Assembly: GCA_963703315.1 (NCBI GenBank)
Contig: OY969811.1
Span: 2,944,001-3,008,000 of the forward strand
Length of the DNA: 64,000 bases
Origin: an uncultured cyanobacterium
GTDB taxonomy: Bacteria > Cyanobacteriota > Cyanobacteriia > Pseudanabaenales > Pseudanabaenaceae
Direction: 5' to 3'
In this document: one piece after another, positions 29,488 to 38,816 of the stretch
Layout: the number at the start of each line of letters is the position of its first letter
How positions within the stretch are numbered: position 1 is the stretch's first letter
Position numbers and translations under genes: made by a program
The notes under the pieces: model-generated
Told to the model about the DNA's origin: nothing
Databases searched by the model: none
Seen by the model: only the letters and a program-made list of their open reading frames with translations

Positions 29488-29898
29488 TTACTGAATCTGT
29501 AAAGTAAATTCTTGTATTTCTCTATTGCTAGCAGAATAATAGCTAACATTACCATCAGCAATCCTCACCACCTTTCCCATCCGCTTTGCTTTTACATTAA
29601 ACTCAGAGTTACGGAAGAGATTTCTGAGTAGAAGAGAGATTTCGGAAGCACGAGAATCTGGCAAATTAAAGCAGACTATACAAAAATATTCACTTATCGC
29701 TACTTTTCGCCAAAAATCCCGCTCATTGATAGTAATAAATGCAGGCTGCGCTTCTTTTCGCAACAACATAGGAATCGCTTCATCTTTAATAATCGAGTTA
29801 GGGCGCAAGTCCGTAATAAAGCAGACATTACCCTGATACCACTTGCCGATCGCCTGTTCTAGATTCGCTCCTAAAAGTTGTTCGTCAAGGACAATCAT
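29488..29898 (-). CDS. PIN-like (DUF5615/VapC-like) toxin
   Basis: MIVLDEQL, IKDEAI and FITINERDF acidic PIN pattern; overlaps the DUF433 gene stop. Confidence 0.7.
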   Translation of the reverse strand: MIVLDEQLLGANLEQAIGKWYQGNVCFITDLRPNSIIKDEAIPMLLRKEAQPAFITINERDFWRKVAISEYFCIVCFNLPDSRASEISLLLRNLFRNSEFNVKAKRMGKVVRIADGNVSYYSASNREIQEFTLQIQ

Positions 29899-30176
29899 GC
29901 TGCACTCAAAATAGGAAGACTCTCAAGAAAATGAGTTGTCACAACTTGAATCGCCTCAGCGATCGCCTCACGCGAAACCCTTCCCCGAAAACCAAGCACA
30001 ATATTTTCAACATTCTCACCCTTAGCTAAGCGCTCCATCACACCCGCAATCTCAATCCGAGTGTACTTAAAAGTTGGGCGATCGCCACAAACTCCCATAG
30101 CCCGAACAACATACTGCCCTAGTGGATAGTAGCTATAGGATTCGCCATTAATTATTTCAGTGACAAGCGATCGCAT
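29895..30176 (-). CDS. DUF433 family antitoxin
   Basis: GVCGDRPTFKYTRI..VMERLAKGE..VSREAIAEA. Confidence 0.8.
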   Translation of the reverse strand: MRSLVTEIINGESYSYYPLGQYVVRAMGVCGDRPTFKYTRIEIAGVMERLAKGENVENIVLGFRGRVSREAIAEAIQVVTTHFLESLPILSAA

Positions 30177-30338
30177 ATAAACTTTTTCATCCAAAGATTT
30201 TAAAACAGTCATCTCCCAAACCAATAATAAACTTTCTTCTTGTCAATACAAAAGCCATATTTTTGTAATTATATCACGGCAAAATTGCGCCCAATCCAAG
30301 TAGATTTTACGCACATCCATAATTTTTAAAGTAGCCAA

Positions 30339-30378
30339 GCGATCGCGAGTGTATTTTGGTTTTGATTTAGGCGATCGC
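30339..30378 (+). repeat. HIP1-bounded direct repeat, copy 2
   Basis: GCGATCGCGAGTGTATTTTGGTTTTGATTTAGGCGATCGC. Confidence 0.85.
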
Positions 30379-30389
30379 TAAAATATGTC

Positions 30390-30418
30390 TTGACCACAAG
30401 TAACATATAAGTTACTCT
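30390..30418 (+). promoter_or_regulatory. Putative TA promoter with palindromic operator
   Basis: TTGACC-17 bp-TACTCT overlapped by AGTAAC-ATATAA-GTTACT. Confidence 0.6.
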
Positions 30419-30428
30419 GGTGTCTAGT

Positions 30429-30800
30429 ATGAAAGTCCAAGAATATATCCAAGAAGATGGCTCAAACCCCTATCAGAAATGGTTCGATAATCTAGATACG
30501 ATCGCTGCGGCAAAAGTGACAGTTGCAAAATCACGTCTAGAGTTAGGCAACACATCAAACATCAAATGGTTTGACGGAATTGGTGAATATCGAATTGATT
30601 GAGGCGCAGGATACCGAATTTACCTAGCCCAAGATGGCAGTCAACTCATAGTTCTATTTGGTGGAGGCACGAAAAAAGGTCAGCAATCCGATATTGAACG
30701 AGCTAAAGAACTACATCAAGAGTATAAAAGACGTAAAAAAGAGGCTAGACAAACAGCCGTAAAAGAAGAAATTGACAAAAAGAAGAAAAAGAAAAAATGA
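30429..30800 (+). pseudogene. RelE/ParE (HigB-like) addiction module toxin with one in-frame stop
   Basis: [40 protein letters not shown] at 30600-30602 where Trp (TGG) fits; frame ends overlapping the antitoxin ATG. Confidence 0.85.
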
Positions 30801-31129
30801 CAACTATACCCCTAACACGCGACTTTAAAGAAACAGTTAATGCAAGAGTCCAAAGAGATACAGCATTTGCCGCCGCTTTACTTGATGAAGCTATTTCCCT
30901 TTTCCTCAATGGTGAACCAGAAACCGCAAGACTCATATTGAGAGATCTCGTTAATGCCACCATCGGATTTGAAGAACTAGCGATCGCCACCTCAAAACCC
31001 AGTAAAAGCCTTCATAGAATGCTCTCTGCAAAAGGAAATCCCACAATGGATAATCTCACCGCTATTCTCAAAGTTTTGCGTAAAACCCTTCAAGTCGATA
31101 TCAAAGTACAGACTGTTAATTGTGCTTAA
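30797..31129 (+). CDS. Addiction module antidote / HTH transcriptional regulator
   Basis: [38 protein letters not shown]. Confidence 0.85.
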   Translation: MTTIPLTRDFKETVNARVQRDTAFAAALLDEAISLFLNGEPETARLILRDLVNATIGFEELAIATSKPSKSLHRMLSAKGNPTMDNLTAILKVLRKTLQVDIKVQTVNCA

Positions 31130-31139
31130 AATATTTCTG

Positions 31140-31179
31140 CTGATCGTGAGTATATTTTAGTTTTGATTTAGGCGATCGC
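31140..31179 (+). repeat. HIP1-containing direct repeat, copy 3
   Basis: CTGATCGTGAGTATATTTTAGTTTTGATTTAGGCGATCGC, 35/40 identical to copy 2. Confidence 0.8.
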
Positions 31180-31278
31180 TTAGTTTATATCCGCCAAGTT
31201 TCAGGCTATGCGATCGCCTAAAGTACTCATCCAAACTCCCTAATTGGCGATTATCCTTCTATCTAAATTTGTAAATCA

Positions 31279-31764
31279 ATGTCATCAAATATTGCAGTTA
31301 CTGAATTTGTGAAACCTGCGATCGCTTTAGGTAGTTTACGCAGAGTGCATCACATTGCTTTAAATGTTCGCGATATGCAAGCTTCCTGTGAGTTCTATGG
31401 CAATATTTTAGGACTACATCAACTTGTTGGTGATCAAGTTCCCAGCACTCTCGTGGATTTAGTCGCCGCAGGTAAAGTTGCTAACTTTATCACTCCCGAT
31501 GGAACTGTGATCGATCTATTTTGGGAACCAGACTTAACTCCACCAGATCCCAATCCACAGATGCAATTTACTCGCGCTAATCATCTTGCTTTTGATATTG
31601 CCCCTGAATTGTTTGATCAAGCTGTGGAAGTATTACGATCGCATCAAGTAGCGATCGAAGGTGAACCTGTGACACGTCCGACTGGTAGGGGCATTTACTT
31701 TTACGATCCTGATGGATTTTTAATTGAAATACGCTGTGATCCTATAGAAAAGCAAACAAACTAA
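31279..31764 (+). CDS. VOC family (glyoxalase/bleomycin resistance) protein
   Basis: VHHIALNVRD, NHLAF, IYFYDPDGFLIE. Confidence 0.92.
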   Translation: MSSNIAVTEFVKPAIALGSLRRVHHIALNVRDMQASCEFYGNILGLHQLVGDQVPSTLVDLVAAGKVANFITPDGTVIDLFWEPDLTPPDPNPQMQFTRANHLAFDIAPELFDQAVEVLRSHQVAIEGEPVTRPTGRGIYFYDPDGFLIEIRCDPIEKQTN

Positions 31765-31846
31765 AACCCAAGAAGCAATTTGTGGCGCTCCGCGCCGCAA
31801 ATTGCTTCTTGGGTTTTGTGTCCTAAGCAAAACTTTTTTTGCTATA
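31743..31846. mobile_element. TATAG..GCTATA MITE-like element overlapping the VOC gene 3' end
   Basis: Left end tatagaaaagcaaacaaactaaaaccca is an internally deleted version of 13361-13401; right end is identical to that of the 13361-13476 copy. Confidence 0.75.
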
Positions 31847-31854
31847 TAGTATTT

Positions 31855-32418
31855 TTATGGGATAGAACTAGCTGCTCTATCCATAAACTCTTGCCAAGTG
31901 TCATTAGGTTGCCAAATTTTGTGTAAATCAGCGATCGCTTGCTCATGGTTTATGCCCCCTCGCAACCGACGATAGAGATAGACAAAGACTGACACACGCA
32001 TATTTTTGGCGCAATGGACAAATATCTGCTGCCCTTTTCTTTTAGCGATCGCCTCTAAAAATCTATCTAAATCATCAATGGTTGGATGCTCCCAAATTAC
32101 AGGAATTGAGATATATTCCATGCCTAAAGATGCCACTATCTCAGCTTCATTAGCGATCGCCCCTTCTGAAGTCGGCAAGGCAAGGTTAATCACCGTTTCA
32201 TAACCAGCATCAGCAATAATCGCAAACTGTTCAATCCTCGGTTGCCCTGAAGTGGCGAGTTGGTCAGATATTGATAAAAAATTTACAATCTCATGTAGGC
32301 GATCGCTATTCGAGTTAGCAAACAGTTTAGTTCCCATTTCTGTTTTGGCGGAAAAAATTAGATAGATAATCAGCAATGTAATGCCTAGTAGCATTGGCAT
32401 CCCATCAATATTCATCAC
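31855..32418 (-). CDS. Cys-dependent phosphatase-fold (DSP/PTP-like) protein with N-terminal TM peptide
   Basis: LATSGQP, VINLA, YISIPV, active-site-like [10 protein letters not shown] (HCxxxxR). Confidence 0.8.
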   Translation of the reverse strand: MMNIDGMPMLLGITLLIIYLIFSAKTEMGTKLFANSNSDRLHEIVNFLSISDQLATSGQPRIEQFAIIADAGYETVINLALPTSEGAIANEAEIVASLGMEYISIPVIWEHPTIDDLDRFLEAIAKRKGQQIFVHCAKNMRVSVFVYLYRRLRGGINHEQAIADLHKIWQPNDTWQEFMDRAASSIP

Positions 32419-32954
32419 ATTTGTTGCAAATACTTTTCACTTCCTAACTCTTCTAACTTTTCTTGCTTCTCCATTACCATATCCTTGAGAGATTGACGAT
32501 AAGCGATGACTTTTGTGAGAAGCTCAGGATTGTGGCTGGCGAGAATCTGGACGGCTAGCAGTCCTGCATTATCAGCATTGCCGATCGCCACAGTGGCGAC
32601 AGGAATTCCTTTAGGCATTTGCACAATCGAATAAAGGGAATCAATACCGCTAAGTTGTCTAGTAGAAACTGGCACACCAATTACAGGCAGAGGTGAAAGC
32701 GCCGCCACCATTCCTGGTAAGTGGGCTGCACCACCTGCTCCCGCAATAATTACTTTGATGCCGCGAGTATGGGCAGTTTTGGCAAATTCCACCATTCTCT
32801 CAGGGGTACGGTGTGCAGAAATAATCGCGACTTCGTGGGGAATATCAAATTGTTGGCAAATAGCGATCGCGCCTTGCATGGTGGGTAGATCGGAGTCGCT
32901 ACCCATGATGATGCTGACTTGTGGTTGATGTGAATTACTGTCTTTTGGTTTCAT
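32415..32954 (-). CDS. purE: N5-carboxyaminoimidazole ribonucleotide mutase
   Basis: [39 protein letters not shown]; exact start uncertain. Confidence 0.96.
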   Translation of the reverse strand: MKPKDSNSHQPQVSIIMGSDSDLPTMQGAIAICQQFDIPHEVAIISAHRTPERMVEFAKTAHTRGIKVIIAGAGGAAHLPGMVAALSPLPVIGVPVSTRQLSGIDSLYSIVQMPKGIPVATVAIGNADNAGLLAVQILASHNPELLTKVIAYRQSLKDMVMEKQEKLEELGSEKYLQQM

Positions 32955-34758
32955 TGATTTGCCATTGTTTTGTAGTTTCATTCCAAACTAAGCTCATTCG
33001 CAAAGTTTCAGGAAAAGTAGCTTTATCTTTGCGATAGGTGAGATCAATATCAATGATTGCAGAGTTCTCTTTAGATTCAACAAGACGCGCATCCTTAATT
33101 GAAACTTGATCGACAGTTCGCCACCAATCAGTAAAAGTAGAATATCCACCAGCCCGATCGCTTTGAAATTTGGGAGTGAGGTTTTTCCATGCATCTTGAA
33201 ATTGGCGATCATTAATCAGACTATAATAATCTCTAATTGCTTGTTCTGGAGAAGGCTTTGCAGGTGATGGCGTTGGTGTTGGAGTCTTTGATGGCGTTGC
33301 CGTGGGCGTGGGTGTAGATGCAACTTGTGGTAAATCGCTGCCAGTAATTCGCTGCACTGGATCTTTGGCATTAGGGCTAGCAAAGGCACAATAGGCATCA
33401 TTAATAAATTTGAGATGATCCTGTAGCTTAGCCTTACAGCTTTCCATATCTTGGAATTGACTGGTATAGACTTGCTGAAATTGACTATTTCCTAAATTGG
33501 CATAGTCTGGGATCCAAAATACGCCTGCATCTTTATAACCTAGAGATTTTAATTTTTCTACTCTGAGATTCGCTTTGTCTAAATCTGCAAAAGCAGAATC
33601 TGCTAGAAAATAGAATGGAACTTTGGTGGCTGACTTACTGAAAGGAAAGATTTTATTCCAGAGAGCAACGATACCGCCATTTTGAGAGACGACTACACCT
33701 AGTGAGATCGCTGCTCCAATTGCACCACCGACAATGACTATTGCAAATAACTGACCGAACACCTTTTTCTTAGGATCTTGTTGGGGCTGGTAGACATAAA
33801 CAGACTGATCGGGAATTGTCGGTGGTATATATCCTCCTCTAGGATTGACCGCAACAGTCTGCATACTCGACATTGCTGGGGTGATCGGCAGCGTTTTAAG
33901 AGAATTTGATGGATTTAAGGGCTGATTTGGTTGCAATGCTGCTAGCATTTCTCGCGCAGAGCTATAGCGATCGCGGGGGTCAAATTGTAAAACCTTCGCA
34001 AATATTGCCTTTAAATCCGCACTAATTGCCATTACCTGAGACTGCCAAAGCACTTCCCCCGTTTGAGGATCAGTACCAATCTCTTGCGGATATTTACCCG
34101 TCAGCGCAAAGATCGCCGTTAAAGCCAAACTATACAGATCACTAGCAAAAAATGGTCTACCCGCAGCCTGTTCTGATGCCATAAATCCCGGTGTGCCAAT
34201 CACAATCGAATGTGCTTGCTGCGAGGAACTGCGGATTGTGCTGACATTGAGCGTTTCCTTAACTGCACCGAAATCTATTAATACAGGTTCTCCCGATCGC
34301 AAAATAATGTTGTCAGGCTTGATATCTCGGTGAATAATGCCGCGATCATGGACATAGATTAGAGTTTGCAAAATGCTGATGAGTAATTTTCTCACCGCAT
34401 CTTCATTCCATTTTCCATTACGTTCAATTGTTTCCGTAAGAGTTAGCCCATCAATCCATTCTTGAACTAAATAAAATAATCCATTTTCCGCAAAATTCGC
34501 ATAGAGTTTAGGAATATAACGACTTTCTTCACCCAAAGTTTCTAGTACCGCCGCCTCACGGTGAAATCTTTGTTGCAGTAATTCATACATTTGCGGATTG
34601 TCAGCAACGGGTTTAAGCTGCTTAATCACACATCGACGGTTCGAGGGCATTTTGGTGTCTTCAGCCAAATAGGTTTCCCCAAAGCCGCCACTACCTAGGA
34701 CGCTAGTGACGCGATAGCGGTTATCTAAAAGGTTTGACATCATGGGGGTTGTATTCAT
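32935..34758 (-). CDS. Hanks-type Ser/Thr protein kinase with TM segment and C-terminal extracytoplasmic domains
   Basis: [37 protein letters not shown]; hydrophobic TM; PT-rich linker. Confidence 0.93.
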   Translation of the reverse strand: MNTTPMMSNLLDNRYRVTSVLGSGGFGETYLAEDTKMPSNRRCVIKQLKPVADNPQMYELLQQRFHREAAVLETLGEESRYIPKLYANFAENGLFYLVQEWIDGLTLTETIERNGKWNEDAVRKLLISILQTLIYVHDRGIIHRDIKPDNIILRSGEPVLIDFGAVKETLNVSTIRSSSQQAHSIVIGTPGFMASEQAAGRPFFASDLYSLALTAIFALTGKYPQEIGTDPQTGEVLWQSQVMAISADLKAIFAKVLQFDPRDRYSSAREMLAALQPNQPLNPSNSLKTLPITPAMSSMQTVAVNPRGGYIPPTIPDQSVYVYQPQQDPKKKVFGQLFAIVIVGGAIGAAISLGVVVSQNGGIVALWNKIFPFSKSATKVPFYFLADSAFADLDKANLRVEKLKSLGYKDAGVFWIPDYANLGNSQFQQVYTSQFQDMESCKAKLQDHLKFINDAYCAFASPNAKDPVQRITGSDLPQVASTPTPTATPSKTPTPTPSPAKPSPEQAIRDYYSLINDRQFQDAWKNLTPKFQSDRAGGYSTFTDWWRTVDQVSIKDARLVESKENSAIIDIDLTYRKDKATFPETLRMSLVWNETTKQWQINETKRQ

Positions 34759-34763
34759 CGCTA

Positions 34764-35876
34764 TTAGCGATCGTACAGCATAAATAGTGTTTTGCGTTGC
34801 CTGCAAGGTTCTGGAGTTTGATTCCCGATGAGTTCAAGCTGATCCTTAATCTCTTGTTTTAGGTTATGAAAATCTGATTTTTGAGATGCTAACGGATCGT
34901 CAATCGAATATACTTGCACGATCGCTTCCCTTCCTTTGGCATAGAAATCACCCATTTTTAGGATCTTCCAATGATCGCTAAGTCCATCGCGTACTGCTTC
35001 AGAAAATACTAAAAATCTATTTAACTGTCTAGTTAGCGATTCAATTCTTGAGGCAACATTGACTGCATCGCCGATTACTGTATATTCTTTTTTGATTTGA
35101 GAACCTATATTTCCTTCTAAAACCGTTCCTTTTGATAATCCAATACCAATATAGAGAACTCGTAAGGGGCTATTAACAGGTGCGCGATCGCGTAAAATCT
35201 CTAATTCTGAGAGAATGTTTAGACTTGCTTGTAAAGCTTCATCGGCGCGATCGCCATCGAAATATGCCATCACACAATCGCCTATAAATTTTGTGACTTC
35301 CCCACCCTTCGCAACGATCTCTGAAGTGCAAACTGTAAAAAATTGGTTTAGTAACTCTACAACCTCGGTCACTTGTAATTTTTCAGTAATACTCGCAAAG
35401 CCCATCACATCCGCGAATAAAATGATTTTTTCAGTATAGCGAGGAATTAAAGTAAGTGGATTGATGCCATTTTCCATAGCCTGCAAAACCCCTGAATGAG
35501 TATAATTCGCTAAAACAGCTTTTGACTCTCCCAAGGCTTGCAGCAATATCTTGATCGGTTGAAGTAAAGTATCGGTGTTATCTTCTAGCCTGATTACTTT
35601 CATCGACCAATTGGGGAAATATTTCTCAGTAATGTTTCGCTCCAACTTAATACATACAACTTGATGGTGACGATCATCTTTTAAGATTTTTTCATACAAA
35701 TGATCGATACGATCTTCCTCACCTTCCAAAATTTGCAAAAAAGTTCTGTTACAACTTAGTAAAATTCCTGTAATCCCCTCCTTAGCATTATTTACTTGCG
35801 AAATATTTTCGATGTTTTCTATTTCCGTTCTCGTAAGCGATCGCGAGAAGTTACTGATATAGGTTAGCCTTTTCAT
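34764..35876 (-). CDS. Photoactivated adenylyl cyclase (BLUF + class III cyclase), downstream copy
   Basis: MKRLTYIS, FLQILEG, DDRH, WSM BLUF motifs; FADV, TKFIGDCVMA, YTVIGDAVNVASR cyclase motifs. Confidence 0.93.
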   Translation of the reverse strand: MKRLTYISNFSRSLTRTEIENIENISQVNNAKEGITGILLSCNRTFLQILEGEEDRIDHLYEKILKDDRHHQVVCIKLERNITEKYFPNWSMKVIRLEDNTDTLLQPIKILLQALGESKAVLANYTHSGVLQAMENGINPLTLIPRYTEKIILFADVMGFASITEKLQVTEVVELLNQFFTVCTSEIVAKGGEVTKFIGDCVMAYFDGDRADEALQASLNILSELEILRDRAPVNSPLRVLYIGIGLSKGTVLEGNIGSQIKKEYTVIGDAVNVASRIESLTRQLNRFLVFSEAVRDGLSDHWKILKMGDFYAKGREAIVQVYSIDDPLASQKSDFHNLKQEIKDQLELIGNQTPEPCRQRKTLFMLYDR

Positions 35877-35948
35877 AAAATTGCGATATTGATAAGTTAT
35901 ATTCATCGCTAATTAGCGATTGATCGTACAGAATAAACAGTGCTTTGC

Positions 35949-37025
35949 TTACACTAACTCTGGGGTTTGACTACCAATCATTTCCAGATGCTGTGTAATT
36001 TCTAGTTTTAACTTTTGAAAATCTGATTTCTGGAAAGTTAAAAGATCATCAATCGAATACACCTCAACGATCGCCTCTTTGCCTTTTGCCTTAAAATCGC
36101 CCAGTCGCACAGGTCGCCAGCGATCGCTTAATCCCTTACGCACCGCCGCCGAAAATACTAAGAACCGATTTAACTGCCTAGTCAATGCTTCAATGCGTGA
36201 GGCAACATTCACCGCATCCCCGATGACGGTATATTCTTTTTTAGTTTGAGAACCAATATTTCCTTCCAATACAGTTCCCTTCGACAATCCAATACCAATA
36301 TAGAGAACCCGCAAAGGACTATTCGCAGGTGCTTGATTGCGTAAAATTTCTAGCTCGGCAAGAATATCCAAACTTGCTTGTAAAGCTCCATCTGCCTGAT
36401 CGCCATCAAAATACGCCATCACGCAATCACCAATAAACTTAGTTACTTCACCACCTCTAGCAGCGATCGCCTTCGTACAAATGGTAAAAAATTGATTGAG
36501 CAAATCAACCACTTCTGTGACTTCTAATTTCTCCGTAATGGTGGTAAAACTAATGATGTCGGCAAAGAAAATGATTTTTTCAGTATATCGTGGCGTAAGC
36601 GTGAGAGGATTAATGCCTTTCTCAATGGCTTGCAAAACCCCTGACTGGGTGTAGTTTGCCAAAATTGTTTGTGATTCGCCTAATGTTTGGAGCAAAATCT
36701 TGATTGGTTGCAACAAAATATCGTTATTTTCATCAAGGACGATTACTTCCATTGACCAATCAGGAAAGCGGCGCTGTAAGACATTTAGTTCCGATTTGAG
36801 GCAGAGAATTTGATTATGTCGTTCATCTTCTAAAATCTTTGTATAAAGTCTGTCAATTCTATCTTCTTCTCCTTCTAAAATCTGAAAAAATATCCCCCCA
36901 CAACATAGTAAAACTCCCGTGATGCCTTCCCTAGAGTTATTAGTTTGAGAGATATGACCAATACTTTCAATTTCCTTTTTGGTAAGCGATCGCGCAAACT
37001 TACTGATGTAGGTTAACCTTTTCAT
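35949..37025 (-). CDS. Photoactivated adenylyl cyclase (BLUF + class III cyclase), upstream copy
   Basis: MKRLTYISKF, FFQILEG, DERH, RFPDWSM; FADI, TKFIGDCVMA, YTVIGDAVNVASR; bPAC/OaPAC architecture and length. Confidence 0.95.
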   Translation of the reverse strand: MKRLTYISKFARSLTKKEIESIGHISQTNNSREGITGVLLCCGGIFFQILEGEEDRIDRLYTKILEDERHNQILCLKSELNVLQRRFPDWSMEVIVLDENNDILLQPIKILLQTLGESQTILANYTQSGVLQAIEKGINPLTLTPRYTEKIIFFADIISFTTITEKLEVTEVVDLLNQFFTICTKAIAARGGEVTKFIGDCVMAYFDGDQADGALQASLDILAELEILRNQAPANSPLRVLYIGIGLSKGTVLEGNIGSQTKKEYTVIGDAVNVASRIEALTRQLNRFLVFSAAVRKGLSDRWRPVRLGDFKAKGKEAIVEVYSIDDLLTFQKSDFQKLKLEITQHLEMIGSQTPELV

Positions 37026-37174
37026 ATAACTGAGATATTTATTTTAACGAAAGAATTTTATTCCCAACATAATTTAAGCCCCTCCCCTACTTACTTGTAA
37101 CTCAAATAACAACCGTAAGGTAATCAGCAATAAAGCGTAACTATAGTGCAGTTTTTTAATACTGCTTTAAGTAT

Positions 37175-37196
37175 AAATGTATCACGAAATACATTT
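37175..37196. promoter_or_regulatory. NtcA-type box TGTA-N8-TACA
   Basis: AAATGTATCACGAAATACATTT between divergent PAC and rpiA. Confidence 0.6.
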
Positions 37197-37280
37197 TGTT
37201 TGGACGGTTTCTCGATTGCTGCTCACAGGTTGCGATAGGATTAAAATTACTACTTTTAAGTTTATAAATAAGTATTTACC

Positions 37281-37994
37281 ATGAGTATTTCTGCTGAAGA
37301 CATTAAGAAGTTAAAACAAGAAGTTGGCATCGCGGCAGCACAAAGAGTGAAGTCGGGCATGGTAGTTGGTCTAGGCACTGGCTCCACAACTGCCTTCGCG
37401 ATCGAGGAATTAGGACGACGCATTGCGACAGGTGAACTCACCGATATTGTTGGTATCCCCACTTCTTTCCAAGCTTCAGTCTTGGGCAAAAAATATGGTA
37501 TTCCCATCCGTAGCCTTGATGATGTCGATCGCGTAGATGTGGCGATCGATGGTGCTGATGAGGTTGACCCCAATAAAACCTTGATTAAGGGCGGCGGCGC
37601 TGCTCACACCCGCGAGAAAGTTGTCGATTCCTTCGCTGCACTATTTATCGTCGTGGTTGATGAATCTAAACTAGTCGATAAACTAGGTTCAACTTTTGCC
37701 GTACCCATCGAAGTTTTACCGATGGCAGTTGCCCCTGTCACTAGAGCCGTCGAAAAGTTAGGTGGCAAGCCTGAACTACGGATGGGTGTTAAAAAAGATG
37801 GTCCCGTCATTACCGATCAAGGCAACATGGTTTTAGATGTTACTTTTGAAGCAATCGCTGATGCTGCCGACCTAGAGAAAACCTTAAACAATATCCCTGG
37901 GGTAGTCGAAAATGGTCTATTTGTCGGTGTCACTGATGTGATTTTAGTCGGTGAGTTTAAGGACGGAAAACCTCAAATTCGCGAGATTTCTTAA
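37281..37994 (+). CDS. rpiA: Ribose-5-phosphate isomerase A
   Basis: [30 protein letters not shown]. Confidence 0.97.
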   Translation: MSISAEDIKKLKQEVGIAAAQRVKSGMVVGLGTGSTTAFAIEELGRRIATGELTDIVGIPTSFQASVLGKKYGIPIRSLDDVDRVDVAIDGADEVDPNKTLIKGGGAAHTREKVVDSFAALFIVVVDESKLVDKLGSTFAVPIEVLPMAVAPVTRAVEKLGGKPELRMGVKKDGPVITDQGNMVLDVTFEAIADAADLEKTLNNIPGVVENGLFVGVTDVILVGEFKDGKPQIREIS

Positions 37995-38077
37995 CCCCTC
38001 CCTAGCCCTCCCCTTGCGAAGGGGAGGGAACGAAATTTCTCGTCTTCCCCCTTTGCAAGGGGGAATTAAAGGGGGTT
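37995..38077. repeat. Double C/G-run hairpin repeat between convergent genes
   Basis: ccctcccctt gcg aaggggaggg and ttcccccttt gc aagggggaa; resembles short dispersed repeats common in cyanobacteria. Confidence 0.6.
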
Positions 38078-38675
38078 ATATTTTTTCGCCACTAATAATA
38101 AACATAGGGCTAACGGCAGCAAAAACTTGACGATTGCCACGAGTTTCTAAGCGGTTTACCGATGATTGTACAACTTCTACATTACGAGCTTGTAACTTCG
38201 CGAAGCTCTCCGAAATTGCATATAAACCTTCAAGACTATTTGTAGTAGCGATCGCCCTGCCCTCTGACTGTAAACGCTCCCAACTATATTCAAGAATTTC
38301 CGATACCGATCGCCCACCTTCGATACAAATGCGATCGGGGTTAGTTGTAAGGCTAGTCAAACATTCTGGCGCACTGCCAATTTTGATTTCCACATTATTT
38401 ACCCCAAATTTTTTGCAGTTTACGGCAATCAACCCTGCTACATCTTCATCCCGCTCGATCGCCACAATCTGTCCTTGAGGACATAGTAAACCTGTCTCAA
38501 TCGGAATCGTCCCAGTACCTGCACCAATATCCCACAGCACCGAGTTAGCCTTGAGCCGCAACTGTCCAATAATTAAGAGTCTTGTTTCACATTTGCTCAT
38601 GGGTATTCCTGGTAAGCGATCGAATAATTCGTCAGGAATGCCAGGAGTGACATAAGACCAGATAAGTTCAGGCAT
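38076..38675 (-). CDS. cbiT: Precorrin-6B C15-methyltransferase (decarboxylating) subunit
   Basis: TPGIPDELF, MSKCETR, WDIGAGTG, GSAPECL. Confidence 0.9.
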   Translation of the reverse strand: MPELIWSYVTPGIPDELFDRLPGIPMSKCETRLLIIGQLRLKANSVLWDIGAGTGTIPIETGLLCPQGQIVAIERDEDVAGLIAVNCKKFGVNNVEIKIGSAPECLTSLTTNPDRICIEGGRSVSEILEYSWERLQSEGRAIATTNSLEGLYAISESFAKLQARNVEVVQSSVNRLETRGNRQVFAAVSPMFIISGEKI

Positions 38676-38709
38676 GAGCTTAGCGCACAATATGGTTAAA
38701 CATGATCAA

Positions 38710-38811
38710 TATAGCGCAGATCCTAAGAGTAAAGGGGACGCTAAGCGCCCCCTTTACTCTTGGATATTGTGACCAGACAAATAGGGAACTGCGCTATGCG
38801 TGGTTCCCTAT
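38710..38811. repeat. TATAGC end followed by two GCGC-core hairpins
   Basis: aagagtaaagggg..cgc taa gcg..cccctttactctt and atagggaac..gttccctat. Confidence 0.55.
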
Positions 38812-38816
38812 GACTT

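Noticed and set aside
29412..29495. Integron attC site (stop codon inside TAAC, short inverted repeat acgcctaaa/tttaggcgt)
   Set aside because: No proper RYYYAAC...GTTRRRY pair, and no integrase in the window.
30600..30602. TGA as selenocysteine or genetic-code reassignment
   Set aside because: TGA is used as a normal stop elsewhere in the window, the position fits Trp rather than Cys, and no SECIS-like hairpin is evident.
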